A DNA stretch of 64,000 nucleotides from Vulcanimicrobiota bacterium (GCA_963812135.1 CAWETU010000001.1:1824001-1888000); one strand, 5' to 3'; counted from the first letter of the stretch, positions 9,560 to 20,985 are shown. The notes: generated by a model not told the origin, from the sequence alone. Numbers and translations: made by a program.

Positions 9560-10580
9560 TTAAGCGTACCTGATACGCGGGTTGAGCAGCGCATAGGCGA
9601 TATCGACGCCTAAGGTTGACCAAGACGAACGTGGCGGCGAAGAGCAAAATCGTGCCGTTGACCAGCGGGCTGTCGCGGTTGCTGATGGCCTCGAATGCCA
9701 GCCGGCCGACCCCGGGCCAGGCGAATATGTGTTCGGTCAGGACCGCGCCCCCCAGCAGCAGCCCGATCTGCAATCCGATCACGGTGACGATCGGGATGAG
9801 CGCGTTGCGCAAGCCGTGGCGCACGACGACCGCCCACATACCGAGCCCTTTGGCCCGCGCGGTGCGCATGAAGTCCATCGACTGGACCTCCAACATGCTG
9901 GCGCGCGTCATCTTCGCGATGATCGCGAGCGGAATCGTGCCGAGCGTGATGGCGGGCAGGATCAGGTGGCGAATTGCGTCGCCGAACGCCGCCCAGTCGC
10001 CCGCGAGCAACGTGTCGATCAGCACGAAGTGCGTGCGCGTCTCGATCGCATAGCGCAGCGAAAGGCGCCCGCCGATCGGGAACAGATCGATGCCCGCGCG
10101 GCTCGGCTCGTAGGCGAAGATATACAGCATCATCCATCCCAGCCAGAACACCGGCACGGAAACGCCGACGAGCACGACGATGTTGATCGCCGTGTCCAAC
10201 ATGGTGCGATGGTTCAGCGCGGCCAGGATGCCCGCCGGAATGCCAACGATCACCGCAAACAGCATCGCCGCGACGGTCAGCTCGACGGTTGCGGGGAAAT
10301 GCTCCATCAGCTTGGTCCCGACGGGCACGTTGTCGCTCAGCGAGCGACCGAGGTTGCCGTGCGCGATCTGCCACAGATAGGCGCCCAGCTGCGCGTACCA
10401 CGGCTGGTCCAAACGCAGCTCGTGCGTGAGCTGTTGGATCTCGGCGCGGGTCGCATGCTCGCCGAGCATGATCTGGATGGGATTGCCCGGGATCGAATGC
10501 AAGAAGAGAAACGACAAGACCGTGATCGTCAGCAACACGGCGACGAAGCGCAGTGCGCGTTGCGCGATGAATCTGGCCAC
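9560..10580 (-). CDS. DppB/OppB-type peptide ABC transporter permease, +1 frameshift near 9612
   Basis: [16 protein letters not shown]; canonical end [13 protein letters not shown] lies in the next frame. Confidence 0.9.
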
Positions 10581-10726
10581 GGTTTTGGGCCTTTCCTCGC
10601 GCCGACACGCTGCCCTGCACGCGCGGTCGCAGCCCGCGCGCGCCGTTTCGCAGGAGGCACGGGTCGGACCGCAAAGACCTTCTTCTCACCATTTGCGGCG
10701 CTTTTCTTGGAGCACGTGACATCTTC

Positions 10727-12835
10727 ATGACCCCTGCGATCGGCTTCTCTGTTTCGATTTGGTTCGCGGTCGGCTGCGGGGTGCTCGCCCTCCTGTATGG
10801 CGCGTACCTCATCAATTGGATCCTGCGCAAACCCGCCGGCACGCCTCGCATGCAGGAGATCGCCGCGGCCATCCAAGAGGGCGCGCTGGCGTACATGCGC
10901 CGCCAATACACGACGATCGCCATCGTCGCGGTCGTCCTCGCCGTGGTCATCGCAATCGCGTTCCGCGCGTGGGAGCCGTCCGTCGGCTTCCTGATCGGCG
11001 CAATCCTCTCGGGTGCGACCGGCTTCATCGGCATGTCGATCGCCGTGCGCGCCAACGTGCGCACCGCAGAGGCGGCTAAGGATGGCTTGCCGGCTGCGTT
11101 CGCCGTCGCGTTCAACGGCGGCTCGATCACCGGCTTGCTCGTCGTCGGTCTTGGCATCATCGCGGTCGCCGGCTACTTCGCGCTGATGCACTCGGTCTAC
11201 GGCGGCGACTTGCGTGCCGCGCTCGGCCCGATGATCGGGCTTGGATTCGGCTGCTCGCTCATCTCCGTGTTCGCGCGTCTGGGCGGCGGCATCTACACGA
11301 AGGCCGCAGACGTCGGCGCCGATCTGGTCGGCAAGGTCGAAGCGGGCATCCCCGAAGACGATCCGCGCAATCCGGCGGTCATCGCAGACAATGTCGGCGA
11401 CAACGTCGGCGACTGCGCGGGCATGGCGGCCGACTTGTTCGAGACCTACTGCGTGACCACCATTGCGGCGATGCTGCTCGGCGTGCTGATCTTCGGGTCG
11501 CAGCCGACGCTCGCATTGGCCGCGTCGCTTTTCCCGCTCGCCATCGGCGGCGTTTCGATCATCACCTCGATCATCGGCACATGGTTCGTGCGCGTGCGCG
11601 GCACGGCTATCATGGCCGCCATGTACTCCGGGTTGACGGTCGCCGCCGTGCTGGCCGCGATCGCGCTCTATCCGCTCACGAAACACGTCATGGGCGACGC
11701 CGACGCGCTGATGGGCGGCACCGGCCAGTACGTCGCGTGGCGCTTGTGGGCGTGCGCGCTCATCGGACTGATCATCACCGCGTTGATGGTCATCATCACC
11801 GAGTATTTCACGGGCACGCAGTTCAAGCCGGTCCAAGAAATCGCCAAGGCGTCGACCACCGGCCCGGCGACCAACATCATCACCGGCCTCGCGGTGTCGA
11901 TGAAGTCGACGACAACGCCCGCTCTCGTGATCGTGGCCGGCATCTTGAGCTCGTATATGCTGTCGGGCCTGTACGGCGTCGCGATCGCGGTCATGGCGAT
12001 GCTCTCCATGGCGGGCATCATCGTCGCGCTCGATTCCTACGGCCCGATCACCGACAACGCCGGCGGCATCGCCGAGATGTCAAAGCTCGGTCCCGAGATC
12101 CGCGCGATCACCGATCCGCTCGACGCGGTCGGCAACACGACCAAAGCGGTGACCAAAGGCTATGCGATCGCTTCGGCCGCGCTGGCTGCGATCGTGCTGT
12201 TCGCGTCGTTCCAGCAAGAGCTCAGCGAAGCGGCGACCTCGGCGGGGCAGCTCATCTTCAAGCTCGACGATCCGTACGTGTTGGCAGGCCTACTGCTCGG
12301 CGGTGCGCTCCCCTATCTGTTCGGCGCGCTGTGCATGGAAGCGGTCGGGCGCGCCGCGAGCGCGGTCGTCGAAGAAGTGCGACGCCAATTCCGCGAGATC
12401 AAAGGCATCATGGAAGGCACCGCTAAGCCGGAATACGGCAAGACCGTCGATCTGGTGACGGCGGCCGCGCTGCGCGAGATGCTCGTGCCTGCGCTCATCC
12501 CCGTGCTCACGCCGATCGCGGTCGTGCTGCTCGGCGTTTTCCACATCTTGTCGAGCCACAACGCCGCGCTGATGCTCGGCGGCGTGCTCGTCGGTTCGAT
12601 CGTCACCGGCCTGTTCGTCGCCATCTCGATGACCTCAGGCGGCGGCGCGTGGGATAACGCCAAGAAGTACATCGAGGACGGGCATTACGGCGGCAAAGGC
12701 AGCCCCGCGCATGCAGCGGGCGTCATCGGCGACACGGTCGGCGACCCTTATAAAGACACGGCAGGCCCGGCCATCAACCCGATGATCAAAGTGCTCAACA
12801 TCGTGTCGCTGCTCTTGGTGCCGTTCCTGAAGTAG
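10727..12835 (+). CDS. hppA: Membrane H+-translocating pyrophosphatase, K+-independent type
   Basis: [36 protein letters not shown] carries the Lys determinant. Confidence 0.95.
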   Translation: MTPAIGFSVSIWFAVGCGVLALLYGAYLINWILRKPAGTPRMQEIAAAIQEGALAYMRRQYTTIAIVAVVLAVVIAIAFRAWEPSVGFLIGAILSGATGFIGMSIAVRANVRTAEAAKDGLPAAFAVAFNGGSITGLLVVGLGIIAVAGYFALMHSVYGGDLRAALGPMIGLGFGCSLISVFARLGGGIYTKAADVGADLVGKVEAGIPEDDPRNPAVIADNVGDNVGDCAGMAADLFETYCVTTIAAMLLGVLIFGSQPTLALAASLFPLAIGGVSIITSIIGTWFVRVRGTAIMAAMYSGLTVAAVLAAIALYPLTKHVMGDADALMGGTGQYVAWRLWACALIGLIITALMVIITEYFTGTQFKPVQEIAKASTTGPATNIITGLAVSMKSTTTPALVIVAGILSSYMLSGLYGVAIAVMAMLSMAGIIVALDSYGPITDNAGGIAEMSKLGPEIRAITDPLDAVGNTTKAVTKGYAIASAALAAIVLFASFQQELSEAATSAGQLIFKLDDPYVLAGLLLGGALPYLFGALCMEAVGRAASAVVEEVRRQFREIKGIMEGTAKPEYGKTVDLVTAAALREMLVPALIPVLTPIAVVLLGVFHILSSHNAALMLGGVLVGSIVTGLFVAISMTSGGGAWDNAKKYIEDGHYGGKGSPAHAAGVIGDTVGDPYKDTAGPAINPMIKVLNIVSLLLVPFLK

Positions 12836-12860
12836 ACCGGCGACGAGCTTCGCTCGGGTG

Positions 12861-13568
12861 CTACGTCTGCGGGCCGCTCAAGACGAGCGAGATGTTGTCG
12901 GTGTAACCGTCGTTCGCCGTGCCTTCGAAACGCGTCGCGGTCACCTTGACGCCGATCGAGCGCGTGCCGGCCGGCAGCGTTCCCTCGGCAGCGCGGCGCA
13001 ACAACGCCGTCAGTCCCTGTCGATTCGCGGCCGTCACCGGTCCCAGCGTGACGCCGCCGAGGCGCGCGTGCGTGGAGCCGTAAAACGTCGCGGCTACCGT
13101 GGCGTAATCCGCTTGGCTTGAAAAACCGCCTATCCACGCTGAAAACGCGTACTTGATCTGACCTCGGTCGATCGAAGCGGCAAGCGGCGTCACGTCGATG
13201 CTTTGGCTCGCTGTTGAGATCGGATCGCTCGTGCCGCCCGAGAACAGGTTCTTGCCGCGGTCGGTCGCTCCAGGCGAATTAAGCGACGGATAGTCGTCGT
13301 GGCCGTAGTTGACAGCGGTGAAATTGCCGGTGGTCGTCCAGCCGGGGACATTCGTGCTGCCCTTTTGCGGCAAGCCCGGACCGGCTTCCGCATCGCCGTT
13401 CACGACGAGGTTCTGCCCGATGAGCGAGCCGGTGTCCGCGCCGACGCTTGCGGCGGGCAGCGCGATCAGCAGCGCGATGATCGCAACAAATGCGAATACG
13501 CCTTTGGCCGGCCGAATAAATTCGACCACTACAGAATCGTATCGGGTCACAGAATCAGATCGGGTCAT
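12861..13568 (-). CDS. Secreted beta-sandwich hypothetical protein
   Basis: Hydrophobic signal segment then NLVVNGDAE...GW. Confidence 0.65.
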   Translation of the reverse strand: MTRSDSVTRYDSVVVEFIRPAKGVFAFVAIIALLIALPAASVGADTGSLIGQNLVVNGDAEAGPGLPQKGSTNVPGWTTTGNFTAVNYGHDDYPSLNSPGATDRGKNLFSGGTSDPISTASQSIDVTPLAASIDRGQIKYAFSAWIGGFSSQADYATVAATFYGSTHARLGGVTLGPVTAANRQGLTALLRRAAEGTLPAGTRSIGVKVTATRFEGTANDGYTDNISLVLSGPQT

Positions 13569-13582
13569 TGAGCACGCCCTTT

Positions 13583-14215
13583 CTAAAGAACGCCGAAGAG
13601 ATGGCGCAGGCCAGGCCAGAGATGATATGCCTCGCGCATGAGCCGATGAAGCTGGTCGAGCTCCCAGGCTCGGCCCTGCGGGAAGATCGCGACCAATCCC
13701 AAGAGCACGATCGAATAGAAAATCACACCCAGTACGCCCCAGATAAGACTCTCGAGCGTGATCTTCGGCCAAGCCCCTGGCGTCCGGCGCGGCCGCGTCG
13801 AAGCCGGTGAGACCGGGGTGGGGGCAGTATAACTCGCGCTCGTCTCGTCGGCTTGCAGGTTTGAGGGCATCATGGACTCGGCTGGACCGCCGAGCAGGCG
13901 CGAGATCTTGCGCCGCTCGTCGTTATTGAGGTCGACGAAGTCCGCCAGCGTGCGGTATCCGCCCAACTCGCCCGCCTCCTCTTGCGAGCGCACGCGGATG
14001 AGGCCGCGAACCGTGGCGTTGATCTGGCGTAGGTCGATGATCGAGAACAACACCGTCCCCGCCGGTATCTCCACCGGGAACGTCGTCACCAGACCCTTCT
14101 CGTCCAAGTGCGTCACGCGGCCGGTGAGGTCGAGGTTGTATTCGGTGTTGCGCGCCTGCAGCTGCGCCGCAACAGCGAGCGGGGTCGGGAAATCGTCGGG
14201 CCGGTCAGCTGCCAT
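13583..14215 (-). CDS. Degenerate PilZ-like domain protein with a C-terminal TM helix
   Basis: GRVTHLDEKGL...G...V...F.DL...ERRKI pattern; lacks RxxxR. Confidence 0.55.
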   Translation of the reverse strand: MAADRPDDFPTPLAVAAQLQARNTEYNLDLTGRVTHLDEKGLVTTFPVEIPAGTVLFSIIDLRQINATVRGLIRVRSQEEAGELGGYRTLADFVDLNNDERRKISRLLGGPAESMMPSNLQADETSASYTAPTPVSPASTRPRRTPGAWPKITLESLIWGVLGVIFYSIVLLGLVAIFPQGRAWELDQLHRLMREAYHLWPGLRHLFGVL

Positions 14216-14229
14216 TCGATCGTCTCCGC

Positions 14230-14727
14230 TTACTGCGCGCCGCTTGGCGGCGGGCCGGGCAGCACGATGAGCGTCGCGTGGACGAGCGGATTGAAGCCGT
14301 CCAGATAATCGGATTTGCCGACGTCGAAGAACTGCAGCGTCTGGCTTTGCCCAGGATCGATCTCGCCGGTATCCCACGAGCCGTCAGAGGCCGTTGCGGT
14401 GTGCGGTTTTTTGTCCAAATTCGTCCACGTGACGAATTGACCACCGTAGACCCGGATCGTCAAGGGGTGGAAACCATCTTTGTCGATCGTCACGGCGATC
14501 GGCGTCGGTGCGCTTGTCGGTGACGGGGACGCGCCAGGCGAGGCCGACGTCGACGCGGTCGGCGACGCCGCAGGTGTGGGCGTCGCCGCGCTCGCGGCGC
14601 TCGAATAGCCACCGCGCGCGCCGACGAATCCGCCGGCAACGCACAGCGCCACCACTATCACTACGACCGAAGCGCTCTGACGGCTTCGCGGTCCCGCTGC
14701 CAACAAGCCATCACCCCGTTGGGTCAT
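14230..14727 (-). CDS. Exported cupredoxin-fold protein with Pro/Ser/Thr linker
   Basis: F.P...V..G..VTWTN.D..PHTAT...WDTG.I.PG. Confidence 0.7.
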   Translation of the reverse strand: MTQRGDGLLAAGPRSRQSASVVVIVVALCVAGGFVGARGGYSSAASAATPTPAASPTASTSASPGASPSPTSAPTPIAVTIDKDGFHPLTIRVYGGQFVTWTNLDKKPHTATASDGSWDTGEIDPGQSQTLQFFDVGKSDYLDGFNPLVHATLIVLPGPPPSGAQ

Positions 14728-14950
14728 GCCACGTATGACGGGCTGCAAACAGCCCGGCTGGTCGGTCCCCCAAGCCTCGCATCGCAGCCGGTAGACTTGC
14801 ACCGACCGCCGAACGTGGGTATATCATTGCATGCGAGGGGAGCGCCCGCCCTTTCAGATTATATCGGCGAATCCGAATGTCCCGCAGGAACTTCCCTGGG
14901 AGCTTCATGCGAAACATCTGACGGGTCCGCGCACCGTTTCTAGAGATAGC

Positions 14951-15811
14951 ATGAAGATAAGTGAACGAACGCACACTACTGGGTCGCATCTAAGCCGCAA
15001 ATGCTTTCTCTGCGGGCTTTCGGGCATCGGCCTCTCGGCCGCAGCCCTGGCGACCATGCCGCAGGTCGCGCTGGCCGACGATCATGCGCAAGAGCGCAGC
15101 ATCGGGCAGCAAGTCTTTGACGACCAGCGCAAGCAAGGTTTGATCCTGGACACATCCCCGTATTACGACATCCTGCGCGCGACCGGACAGCGGATCTCGG
15201 ATGCGGCTCAACCGCACTGGTACACCATGAACTGGGTCGTCGTCAAGGGTGCGCAAGCTAACGCTTTCTCGGTGCCGGGCGGCTGGGTCTATGTCACCGA
15301 CAGCCTCTTAAGCCAGGCGCAAAACGTCGACGAGCTCGCCAGCGTGCTCGGCCACGAAACGGGCCACCTCGTGCTCGGCCACGTGATGAACCGCCTCAAG
15401 CAGGCGCAGAACCTCAACATCCTGTTCGCCATCAGCAGTATATTCGTGCGCAGCCAAGGCGCCGCGAATCTCTATAATCTCGCCGAACTGGGCGCCAACT
15501 ATGGGTTCTTGAACTTCTCGCGTCAGCAAGAGTACCAGGCCGACCACGAAGGAGTGATCCTGGCGGACAAGGCCCACTACAATCCATGGGGCATGATCTG
15601 GTTCTTCCAGAAGCTTGAGAAGCTCTACGGCGATGTGGGCTTCGAGCAATACGTCCAAGACCACCCGGCGACAAAAGAGCGCATCTCGCGCATCGAGACG
15701 TTCTTCAAGAGCGAGCCGGCCGTGTACGCGAAGTGGCCGAGCCAACTCGTGGTCGCCAACGGCCTGCCGAAGGGCGACCCGAACGCGCGGCTCGTCGTCT
15801 ACAATTCCTAG
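14951..15811 (+). CDS. M48-family zinc metallopeptidase, exported
   Basis: NAFSVPGG, HETGH (HEXXH), SRQQEYQAD, HP...RI. Confidence 0.9.
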   Translation: MKISERTHTTGSHLSRKCFLCGLSGIGLSAAALATMPQVALADDHAQERSIGQQVFDDQRKQGLILDTSPYYDILRATGQRISDAAQPHWYTMNWVVVKGAQANAFSVPGGWVYVTDSLLSQAQNVDELASVLGHETGHLVLGHVMNRLKQAQNLNILFAISSIFVRSQGAANLYNLAELGANYGFLNFSRQQEYQADHEGVILADKAHYNPWGMIWFFQKLEKLYGDVGFEQYVQDHPATKERISRIETFFKSEPAVYAKWPSQLVVANGLPKGDPNARLVVYNS

Positions 15812-15822
15812 CGTTGGATTAT

Positions 15823-15854
15823 GAAGAGGGCGCGACCGATGTCGCGCCCTCTTC
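15823..15854. terminator. Hairpin between convergent M48 peptidase and rplL
   Basis: gaagagggcgcgac-cgat-gtcgcgccctcttc, 14 bp perfect stem. Confidence 0.7.
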
Positions 15855-15902
15855 ACGCTTGCCGATGGACGGTCGAATACATTCGACCGCTACGACGGTT
15901 GG

Positions 15903-16280
15903 CTACTTGACCTCGACCTTGGCGCCTTCGCCTTCGAGCTTGGTCTTGATGGCCTCGGCCTCTTCCTTCGTCACGCCGCTCTTGACCGGTTTGGGCGCGC
16001 CTTCGACGAGGTCTTTGGCCTCCTTGAGGCCCAGACCCGGCACGACTTCGCGCACGACCTTGATCACGTTGATCTTCTTCTCGCCTGCGGCGAGCAGGAT
16101 CACGTCGAAGTCGGTCTTGGCCTCGGCTGCGGGTGCACCCGCGCCACCGGCGGGCGCTGCGGCTGCCGCAACCGGCACCGCAGCGGACACGCCGAACTTG
16201 TCCTCGAGGGATTTGACGAGCTCGTGCAGCTCGAGGACGGAGAGTTTGTCGATCTGTTCGATGATATCGGTGACTGCCAT
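15903..16280 (-). CDS. rplL: 50S ribosomal protein L7/L12
   Basis: [20 protein letters not shown]. Confidence 0.98.
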   Translation of the reverse strand: MAVTDIIEQIDKLSVLELHELVKSLEDKFGVSAAVPVAAAAAPAGGAGAPAAEAKTDFDVILLAAGEKKINVIKVVREVVPGLGLKEAKDLVEGAPKPVKSGVTKEEAEAIKTKLEGEGAKVEVK

Positions 16281-16332
16281 GATACGATGAATTCCTTTCT
16301 CAAATCTCGGTCGAATGAATTCGACCGCTACG

Positions 16333-16866
16333 TTAAGCTGCTGGTTGTGATTCGGATCGTTGCGCGTGCAGCGCGTGCAGCGTGCGCACGAGTTTCGAGA
16401 TGCCCGCTTGCAGCGTGCCGTGCAACCGGTACAACGGCGACTTCAGACTTCCGACCAGTGCGCCGTGCAACTCGCGACGGCTACGGATCTTCGACATCGT
16501 GTCGACTTCGCCGGCTCCGAGGAGCCGTCCGTCGACCAACGCCGCTTTGATCTGCAGCTTCTTCGAGTCGCTCGCGAATTTGGCAAGCGCCTTGGCCGCT
16601 GCGACCGGGTCGGTCGTGACGAACGCGACCGCGGTCGGTCCGGCGAGGACGTCCTTGAGCTGCGCGCGACGTTCGTCGCCCACCGCGATCCCGAACAGCG
16701 CGTTCTTGACGACCGAATAGCTGGCCGCGTCTTTGCGCAACTCGTTGCGCAATGTCCGCAGTTCGCCGACCGTCAGGCCACGGTAATCCGTGAAAAACAT
16801 GCTCGCGGCACCATCGACCCGCTTGCGCAGCTCGACGATCTCAGCGTTCTTTTTCTCAGTTGGCAT
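16333..16866 (-). CDS. rplJ: 50S ribosomal protein L10
   Basis: DYRGLTV..L..LR, VVKN; position between rplA and rplL. Confidence 0.96.
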   Translation of the reverse strand: MPTEKKNAEIVELRKRVDGAASMFFTDYRGLTVGELRTLRNELRKDAASYSVVKNALFGIAVGDERRAQLKDVLAGPTAVAFVTTDPVAAAKALAKFASDSKKLQIKAALVDGRLLGAGEVDTMSKIRSRRELHGALVGSLKSPLYRLHGTLQAGISKLVRTLHALHAQRSESQPAA

Positions 16867-16919
16867 ATAGTTCGTTCACCTCCGTTTCGCTCGGTCGAAT
16901 ACATTCGACCGCTCCGTAT

Positions 16920-17072
16920 GAAAAGCGCCCTCTCGAGTCACTCGAGAAAGCGCTTGCGATCGGGGTGTCGATCGAACGGATTCGATCGCTACTTCTTCGC
17001 TTCGCTTCCTCGGCAGGCCCCATCGCTGGGATTAGCTCGGCCATTGTTGGGCCGAGACCTGCGGTCATCGGA
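16920..17072 (-). promoter_or_regulatory. L10 leader (L10-L12 autoregulatory RNA) with attenuator hairpin
   Basis: GACCGCAGG...UAA...CCUGCCGAGG at 17008-17072; U-tailed hairpin at 16920-16955. Confidence 0.7.
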
Positions 17073-17135
17073 CGCTCTCATCGCGAGCTTTCGCTCGCGA
17101 CGACACCCGAGCTGCGCTCGGGTGCTACATCTTTC

Positions 17136-17840
17136 TTACGCGGCTGTCGCCGACTTGAGCCGTGTCGGGTCGATCCGCACGCCAGGCCCCATCGTGCTCG
17201 TCAAGGTCACGCTCTTGAGATACGTGCCCTTGGCGGACGCGGGTTTGGCTCGCACGATCGCATCCGTCAGCGCCGTCAGGTTCTCGAGCAACGCCTCTTT
17301 GGAGAACGATGCCTTGCCGACGACGACGTGGATGTTCGCAGCCTTGTCCAGACGGTATTCTACCTTACCGGCCTTGATCTCCGCAACCGCCTGCTTGATG
17401 TTCTGCGTCACCGTCCCGGTCTTCGGGTTCGGCATGCGCTGCGCGAGGATCTTGCCGAGGTTCGAACCGACCGCGCCCATCATGTCCGGCGTGGCGACGG
17501 CGACGTCAAAGTCGAGCCAGCCGCCCTTGATGCGATCGATCAAGTCCTGATCGCCGACGACGTCCGCGCCGGCTTCTTGCGCTTCCTTGGCCTTCTCGCC
17601 TTTGGCGAACACGATCACTTTTTTCGTCTGGCCGGTGCCGTGCGGCAACACGACCGTGCCGCGCACGTTCTGCTCGGGCTTCTTCTGATCGACGCCGAGT
17701 CGCACGTGCAGCTCGACCGTCTCGTCGAACTTCGCCTTCGCGTTGGCCTTCACGAGCTCGACGGCGCGCGCCGAGTCGAACAAACGCTCATCGCCGAGCG
17801 CTTTGAGGGCTTCGCGGTACTTTCTGCCTGGTTTTGCCAT
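17136..17840 (-). CDS. rplA: 50S ribosomal protein L1
   Basis: [33 protein letters not shown]. Confidence 0.98.
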   Translation of the reverse strand: MAKPGRKYREALKALGDERLFDSARAVELVKANAKAKFDETVELHVRLGVDQKKPEQNVRGTVVLPHGTGQTKKVIVFAKGEKAKEAQEAGADVVGDQDLIDRIKGGWLDFDVAVATPDMMGAVGSNLGKILAQRMPNPKTGTVTQNIKQAVAEIKAGKVEYRLDKAANIHVVVGKASFSKEALLENLTALTDAIVRAKPASAKGTYLKSVTLTSTMGPGVRIDPTRLKSATAA

Positions 17841-17849
17841 GATGTCTGG

Positions 17850-17886
17850 TTCCTCCGTGGTGCGAGCGGCTTTCGGCCTCCCACGA
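17850..17886 (-). promoter_or_regulatory. Probable L1-binding mRNA hairpin upstream of rplA
   Basis: cgtgggaggccgaaagccgctcgcaccacg: GGGAG internal loop with GAAA cap next to the SD. Confidence 0.45.
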
Positions 17887-17894
17887 TCAGATGC

Positions 17895-18314
17895 TTAGCC
17901 GACTTCGATGCCCATCGAACGCGCCGTGCCCGCCACGATCTTGGCAGCGGCCTCGATGTCATTGGCGTTCAGATCGGCCATCTTCGCTTTGGCGATCTCG
18001 CGAACTTTGTCCATCGAGATCTTGCCGACTTTCTTGCGGTTCGGCTCGCCCGAGCCTTTCTCCACGCCGGCGGCCTTTTTGATCAGCTCCGCAGCCGGCG
18101 GCGTCTTGAGGACGAACGTGAACGACCGGTCCTCGAACACCGTGATGACGGCGGGGATGATGTTGCCCTTGTCCTTTTGCGTGCGCTCGTTGTAGGCTTT
18201 GCAGAACTCCATGATGTTGATGCCGTGCTGGCCGAGCGCCGGCCCTACGGGCGGCGCGGGCGTCGCCGCGCCTCCCGGAACTTGGAGCGTGATCCTCGCG
18301 ATGACTTTTTTCAA
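17895..18314 (-). CDS. rplK: 50S ribosomal protein L11
   Basis: [22 protein letters not shown]. Confidence 0.98.
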   Translation of the reverse strand: MKKVIARITLQVPGGAATPAPPVGPALGQHGINIMEFCKAYNERTQKDKGNIIPAVITVFEDRSFTFVLKTPPAAELIKKAAGVEKGSGEPNRKKVGKISMDKVREIAKAKMADLNANDIEAAAKIVAGTARSMGIEVG

Positions 18315-18317
18315 CGT

Positions 18318-18926
18318 CTATACCTTCTCGACTTGATAGAATTCGAGTTCAACCGGCGTCTCCCGGCCGAAAATCGATATGAGCGCGCGCAGGCGCTCCT
18401 TTTGCGGGTCGATCTCGTCGACCGTCCCCGTGAAGTCGAAGAACGGTCCGGACGTCACCTTGACGCGATCGCCCTTCGCGAAGTCGATCTTCAGCTTGGG
18501 CGTCTCGATGCCCATCTGCTTGAGGATCGTCTTGACTTCTTTGTCCGCCAGCGGCAGCGGCTTCTCGCCCGAGCCCGGCGAGCCGACGAAGCCGGTCACG
18601 CCTTGCGTGTTGCGCACGACGTACCACGATTGGTCCGTCATCTTCATCTCGACGAGCACGTAGCCCGGATAGACCTTCTTCTCGACCTCTTTGCGCTTGC
18701 CGTCCTTGAATTCGACTTCCTTATCCGTGGGCACGAGCACGCGGTACACGAAGTCTTGCATGTTCATGGACTTGATGCGCCGCTCGAGGTTCGCCTTGAC
18801 CTTGTTCTCGTAGCCGGAATACGTGTGGACCACATACCACTTGCGGTCCGGATCGTCGGGCGTGGCGAGCAGATCGAGCGCTGCCGCGTCCAACTCCGCC
18901 TGTTGCTGCTGAAGTTCTTCTGCCAC
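18318..18926 (-). CDS. nusG: Transcription factor NusG
   Basis: WYVVHTYSGYE, PGYVLV, KOW GPF, IFGRETPVEL. Confidence 0.98.
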   Translation of the reverse strand: MAEELQQQQAELDAAALDLLATPDDPDRKWYVVHTYSGYENKVKANLERRIKSMNMQDFVYRVLVPTDKEVEFKDGKRKEVEKKVYPGYVLVEMKMTDQSWYVVRNTQGVTGFVGSPGSGEKPLPLADKEVKTILKQMGIETPKLKIDFAKGDRVKVTSGPFFDFTGTVDEIDPQKERLRALISIFGRETPVELEFYQVEKV

Positions 18927-18930
18927 GACG

Positions 18931-19221
18931 TCAGCCTTGCGCCCCGAACAGGCGCGCGACGATCGCGCTGATCAACGACGTCCAGATCGCCACGACGGCG
19001 ACCAAGCCGATGGTGATGAGCGTCGCCGATACCCATTCGTCGCGGCTCGGCCAGGTGACGCGTTTCATCTCGGAGACGATCGCGCGATAGCCGTCGACAA
19101 TGCGCCGCCATTGGCGCTCGCGCTCTTCGGTGCGCGCCTCTTTCTCTTTGTCGCTCGGTTTGCCCACGGCTTTGCCGCCGGTGTCGTCGGCGGGTCTGCC
19201 TGGGGCCATGATGCGCTTCAT
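18931..19221 (-). CDS. secE: Preprotein translocase SecE
   Basis: EMKRVTWPSR plus TM helix. Confidence 0.93.
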   Translation of the reverse strand: MKRIMAPGRPADDTGGKAVGKPSDKEKEARTEERERQWRRIVDGYRAIVSEMKRVTWPSRDEWVSATLITIGLVAVVAIWTSLISAIVARLFGAQG

Positions 19222-19263
19222 CGTTTCCTTTCGGTCGAATCCATTCGACCGCTACATTTGATC

Positions 19264-19339
19264 TGGCAGGGCGGACAGGACTTGAACCTGCAACCAACGG
19301 TTTTGGAGACCGCTACTCTACCAATTGAGCTACCGCCCT
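19264..19339 (-). tRNA. tRNA-Trp(CCA)
   Basis: 76-nt cloverleaf, loop CTCCAAA, encoded CCA end. Confidence 0.97.
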
Positions 19340-19502
19340 ATCTTGTTTCCTTGTGGGCCGTGTGGCACTTGCACCAGCGGCAGTACTTCTTCAGCTCCAG
19401 CCGGGCGCTCGTGTGTTGCCGGTTCTTCATCGTCGTGTAATTGCGGCGTTTGCAGTCGCCGCAGGCCATCGTCACGATCACTCGGTTCTCTTTCTTCGCC
19501 AT
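19338..19502 (-). CDS. rpmG: 50S ribosomal protein L33 (Zn-binding C+ form), 54 aa
   Basis: [17 protein letters not shown]...[17 protein letters not shown]; absent from the ORF track. Confidence 0.96.
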   Translation of the reverse strand: MAKKENRVIVTMACGDCKRRNYTTMKNRQHTSARLELKKYCRWCKCHTAHKETR

Positions 19503-19509
19503 GCGTCGA

Positions 19510-20703
19510 TTACTCGATCACCTTGGTGATGACGCCCGCGCCGACCGTGCGGCCGCCCTCGCGGATCGCGAAGCGCAAGCCCTCTTCCGCCGCGATCGGC
19601 GTGATCAGCTCCACGTTCATCTTCACGTTGTCGCCGGGCATCACCATCTCGACGCCTTCGGGCAGCGTGATCGAACCCGTCACGTCGGTCGTCCGGAAGT
19701 AGAACTGCGGACGGTAGTTCGAGAAGAACGGCGTGTGCCGCCCGCCCTCGTCCTTGGAAAGCACGTACACTTCCGACTCGAACTTCTTGTGCGGCTTGAT
19801 GCTGCCCGGTTTGGCCAGCACCTGGCCGCGCTCGATGTCGTCGCGCTCGATGCCGCGCAGCAGCACGCCCACGTTGTCGCCCGCGATGCCCTCGTCGAGC
19901 AGCTTGCGGAACATCTCGATGCCCGTCACCACCGACTTCTTGGACTCGCGGAAGCCCACGATCTCCACTTCGTCGCCCACTTTGACCCGGCCGCGCTCCA
20001 CGCGACCCGTGCCAACCGTGCCGCGACCGGTGATCGTGAACACGTCTTCCACCGGCATCAGGAACGGTTTGTCCACGTCGCGCTGCGGCACAGGGATGTA
20101 CTTATCAACCGCGTCCATCAGCGCGAGGATCCTGTCCGTCCACTCGCCTTTGGTCGTCTCTTCCAATGCCTTGAGCGCTGACCCGCGGATGACCGGGATC
20201 TCCTGGCCGGGGAACTTGTAGGCCGAGAGCAGCTCGCGCACTTCTAGCTCCACCAGGTCGATCAGCTCGGGGTCGTCCACCATGTCGACTTTGTTGAGGA
20301 ACACGACCAGGTAGGGCACGCCCACTTGGCGCGCCAGCAGAATGTGCTCGCGCGTCTGCGGCATCGGGCCGTCCGCCGCCGACACCACCAAGATCGCGCC
20401 GTCCATCTGCGCCGCGCCGGTGATCATGTTCTTGATGTAGTCCGCGTGACCGGGCGCGTCCACGTGGCTGTAGTGGCGCTCCTTGGTCTCGTATTCGGCG
20501 TGATACAGCTGGATCGTGATACCGCGCTCTTTCTCTTCGGGCGCGTTATCGATCTGATCCACCACCAGCTTCTTGGTCCCCGTGCCGGCCTCGGCCAGCA
20601 CCTTGGTGATCGCCGCCGTCAACGTCGTTTTGCCATGGTCCACGTGACCGATCGTGCCGATGTTCACGTGCGGCTTATTGCGTTGATACTTTTCCTTGGC
20701 CAT
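19510..20703 (-). CDS. tuf: Elongation factor Tu
   Basis: [27 protein letters not shown]. Confidence 0.99.
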   Translation of the reverse strand: MAKEKYQRNKPHVNIGTIGHVDHGKTTLTAAITKVLAEAGTGTKKLVVDQIDNAPEEKERGITIQLYHAEYETKERHYSHVDAPGHADYIKNMITGAAQMDGAILVVSAADGPMPQTREHILLARQVGVPYLVVFLNKVDMVDDPELIDLVELEVRELLSAYKFPGQEIPVIRGSALKALEETTKGEWTDRILALMDAVDKYIPVPQRDVDKPFLMPVEDVFTITGRGTVGTGRVERGRVKVGDEVEIVGFRESKKSVVTGIEMFRKLLDEGIAGDNVGVLLRGIERDDIERGQVLAKPGSIKPHKKFESEVYVLSKDEGGRHTPFFSNYRPQFYFRTTDVTGSITLPEGVEMVMPGDNVKMNVELITPIAAEEGLRFAIREGGRTVGAGVITKVIE

Positions 20704-20833
20704 TGCTGTTCTTGTGATTCCTTTTCGCTGCGCGTAAGAACGGGCCGGTCGAGCAAGCTCGACCGCTACAACCGCTCTAAAGAGGCGGCATGCTGACGCA
20801 ACCCCGGTTTCCGGAATGTGAAAATCGAAAGTT

Positions 20834-20907
20834 CGCGCCCGAGAGGACTTGAACCTCCAACCTACGGCTTAGGAGTCCATTGCTCTATCCAGTTGAGCTA
20901 CGGGCGC
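20834..20907 (-). tRNA. tRNA-Arg(CCT)
   Basis: Cloverleaf, loop CTCCTAA; CCA not encoded. Confidence 0.9.
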
Positions 20908-20913
20908 GCGCTG

Positions 20914-20985
20914 AGCCCTCGGCGGGGATTGAACCCGCGGCCTCGTCCTTACCAAGGACGCGCTCTACCACTGAGCTACAAGGGC
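20914..20985 (-). tRNA. tRNA-Thr(GGT)
   Basis: Cloverleaf, loop TTGGTAA. Confidence 0.95.

Noticed and set aside
16860..18971. Long plus-strand ORFs antisense to housekeeping genes (also 9610-11160, 57432-59048, 62089-63819)
   Set aside because: Shadow ORFs typical of high-GC codon bias, with no recognisable motifs
15870..20769. Recurrent palindromic repeats as a CRISPR array
   Set aside because: Irregular spacing with whole genes between copies and no cas genes; fits REP-like elements better
20834..20907. tRNA-Arg(CCT) as a pseudogene because of an A-G mismatch closing the anticodon stem
   Set aside because: Acceptor, D and T arms look intact; one mismatch is not enough evidence
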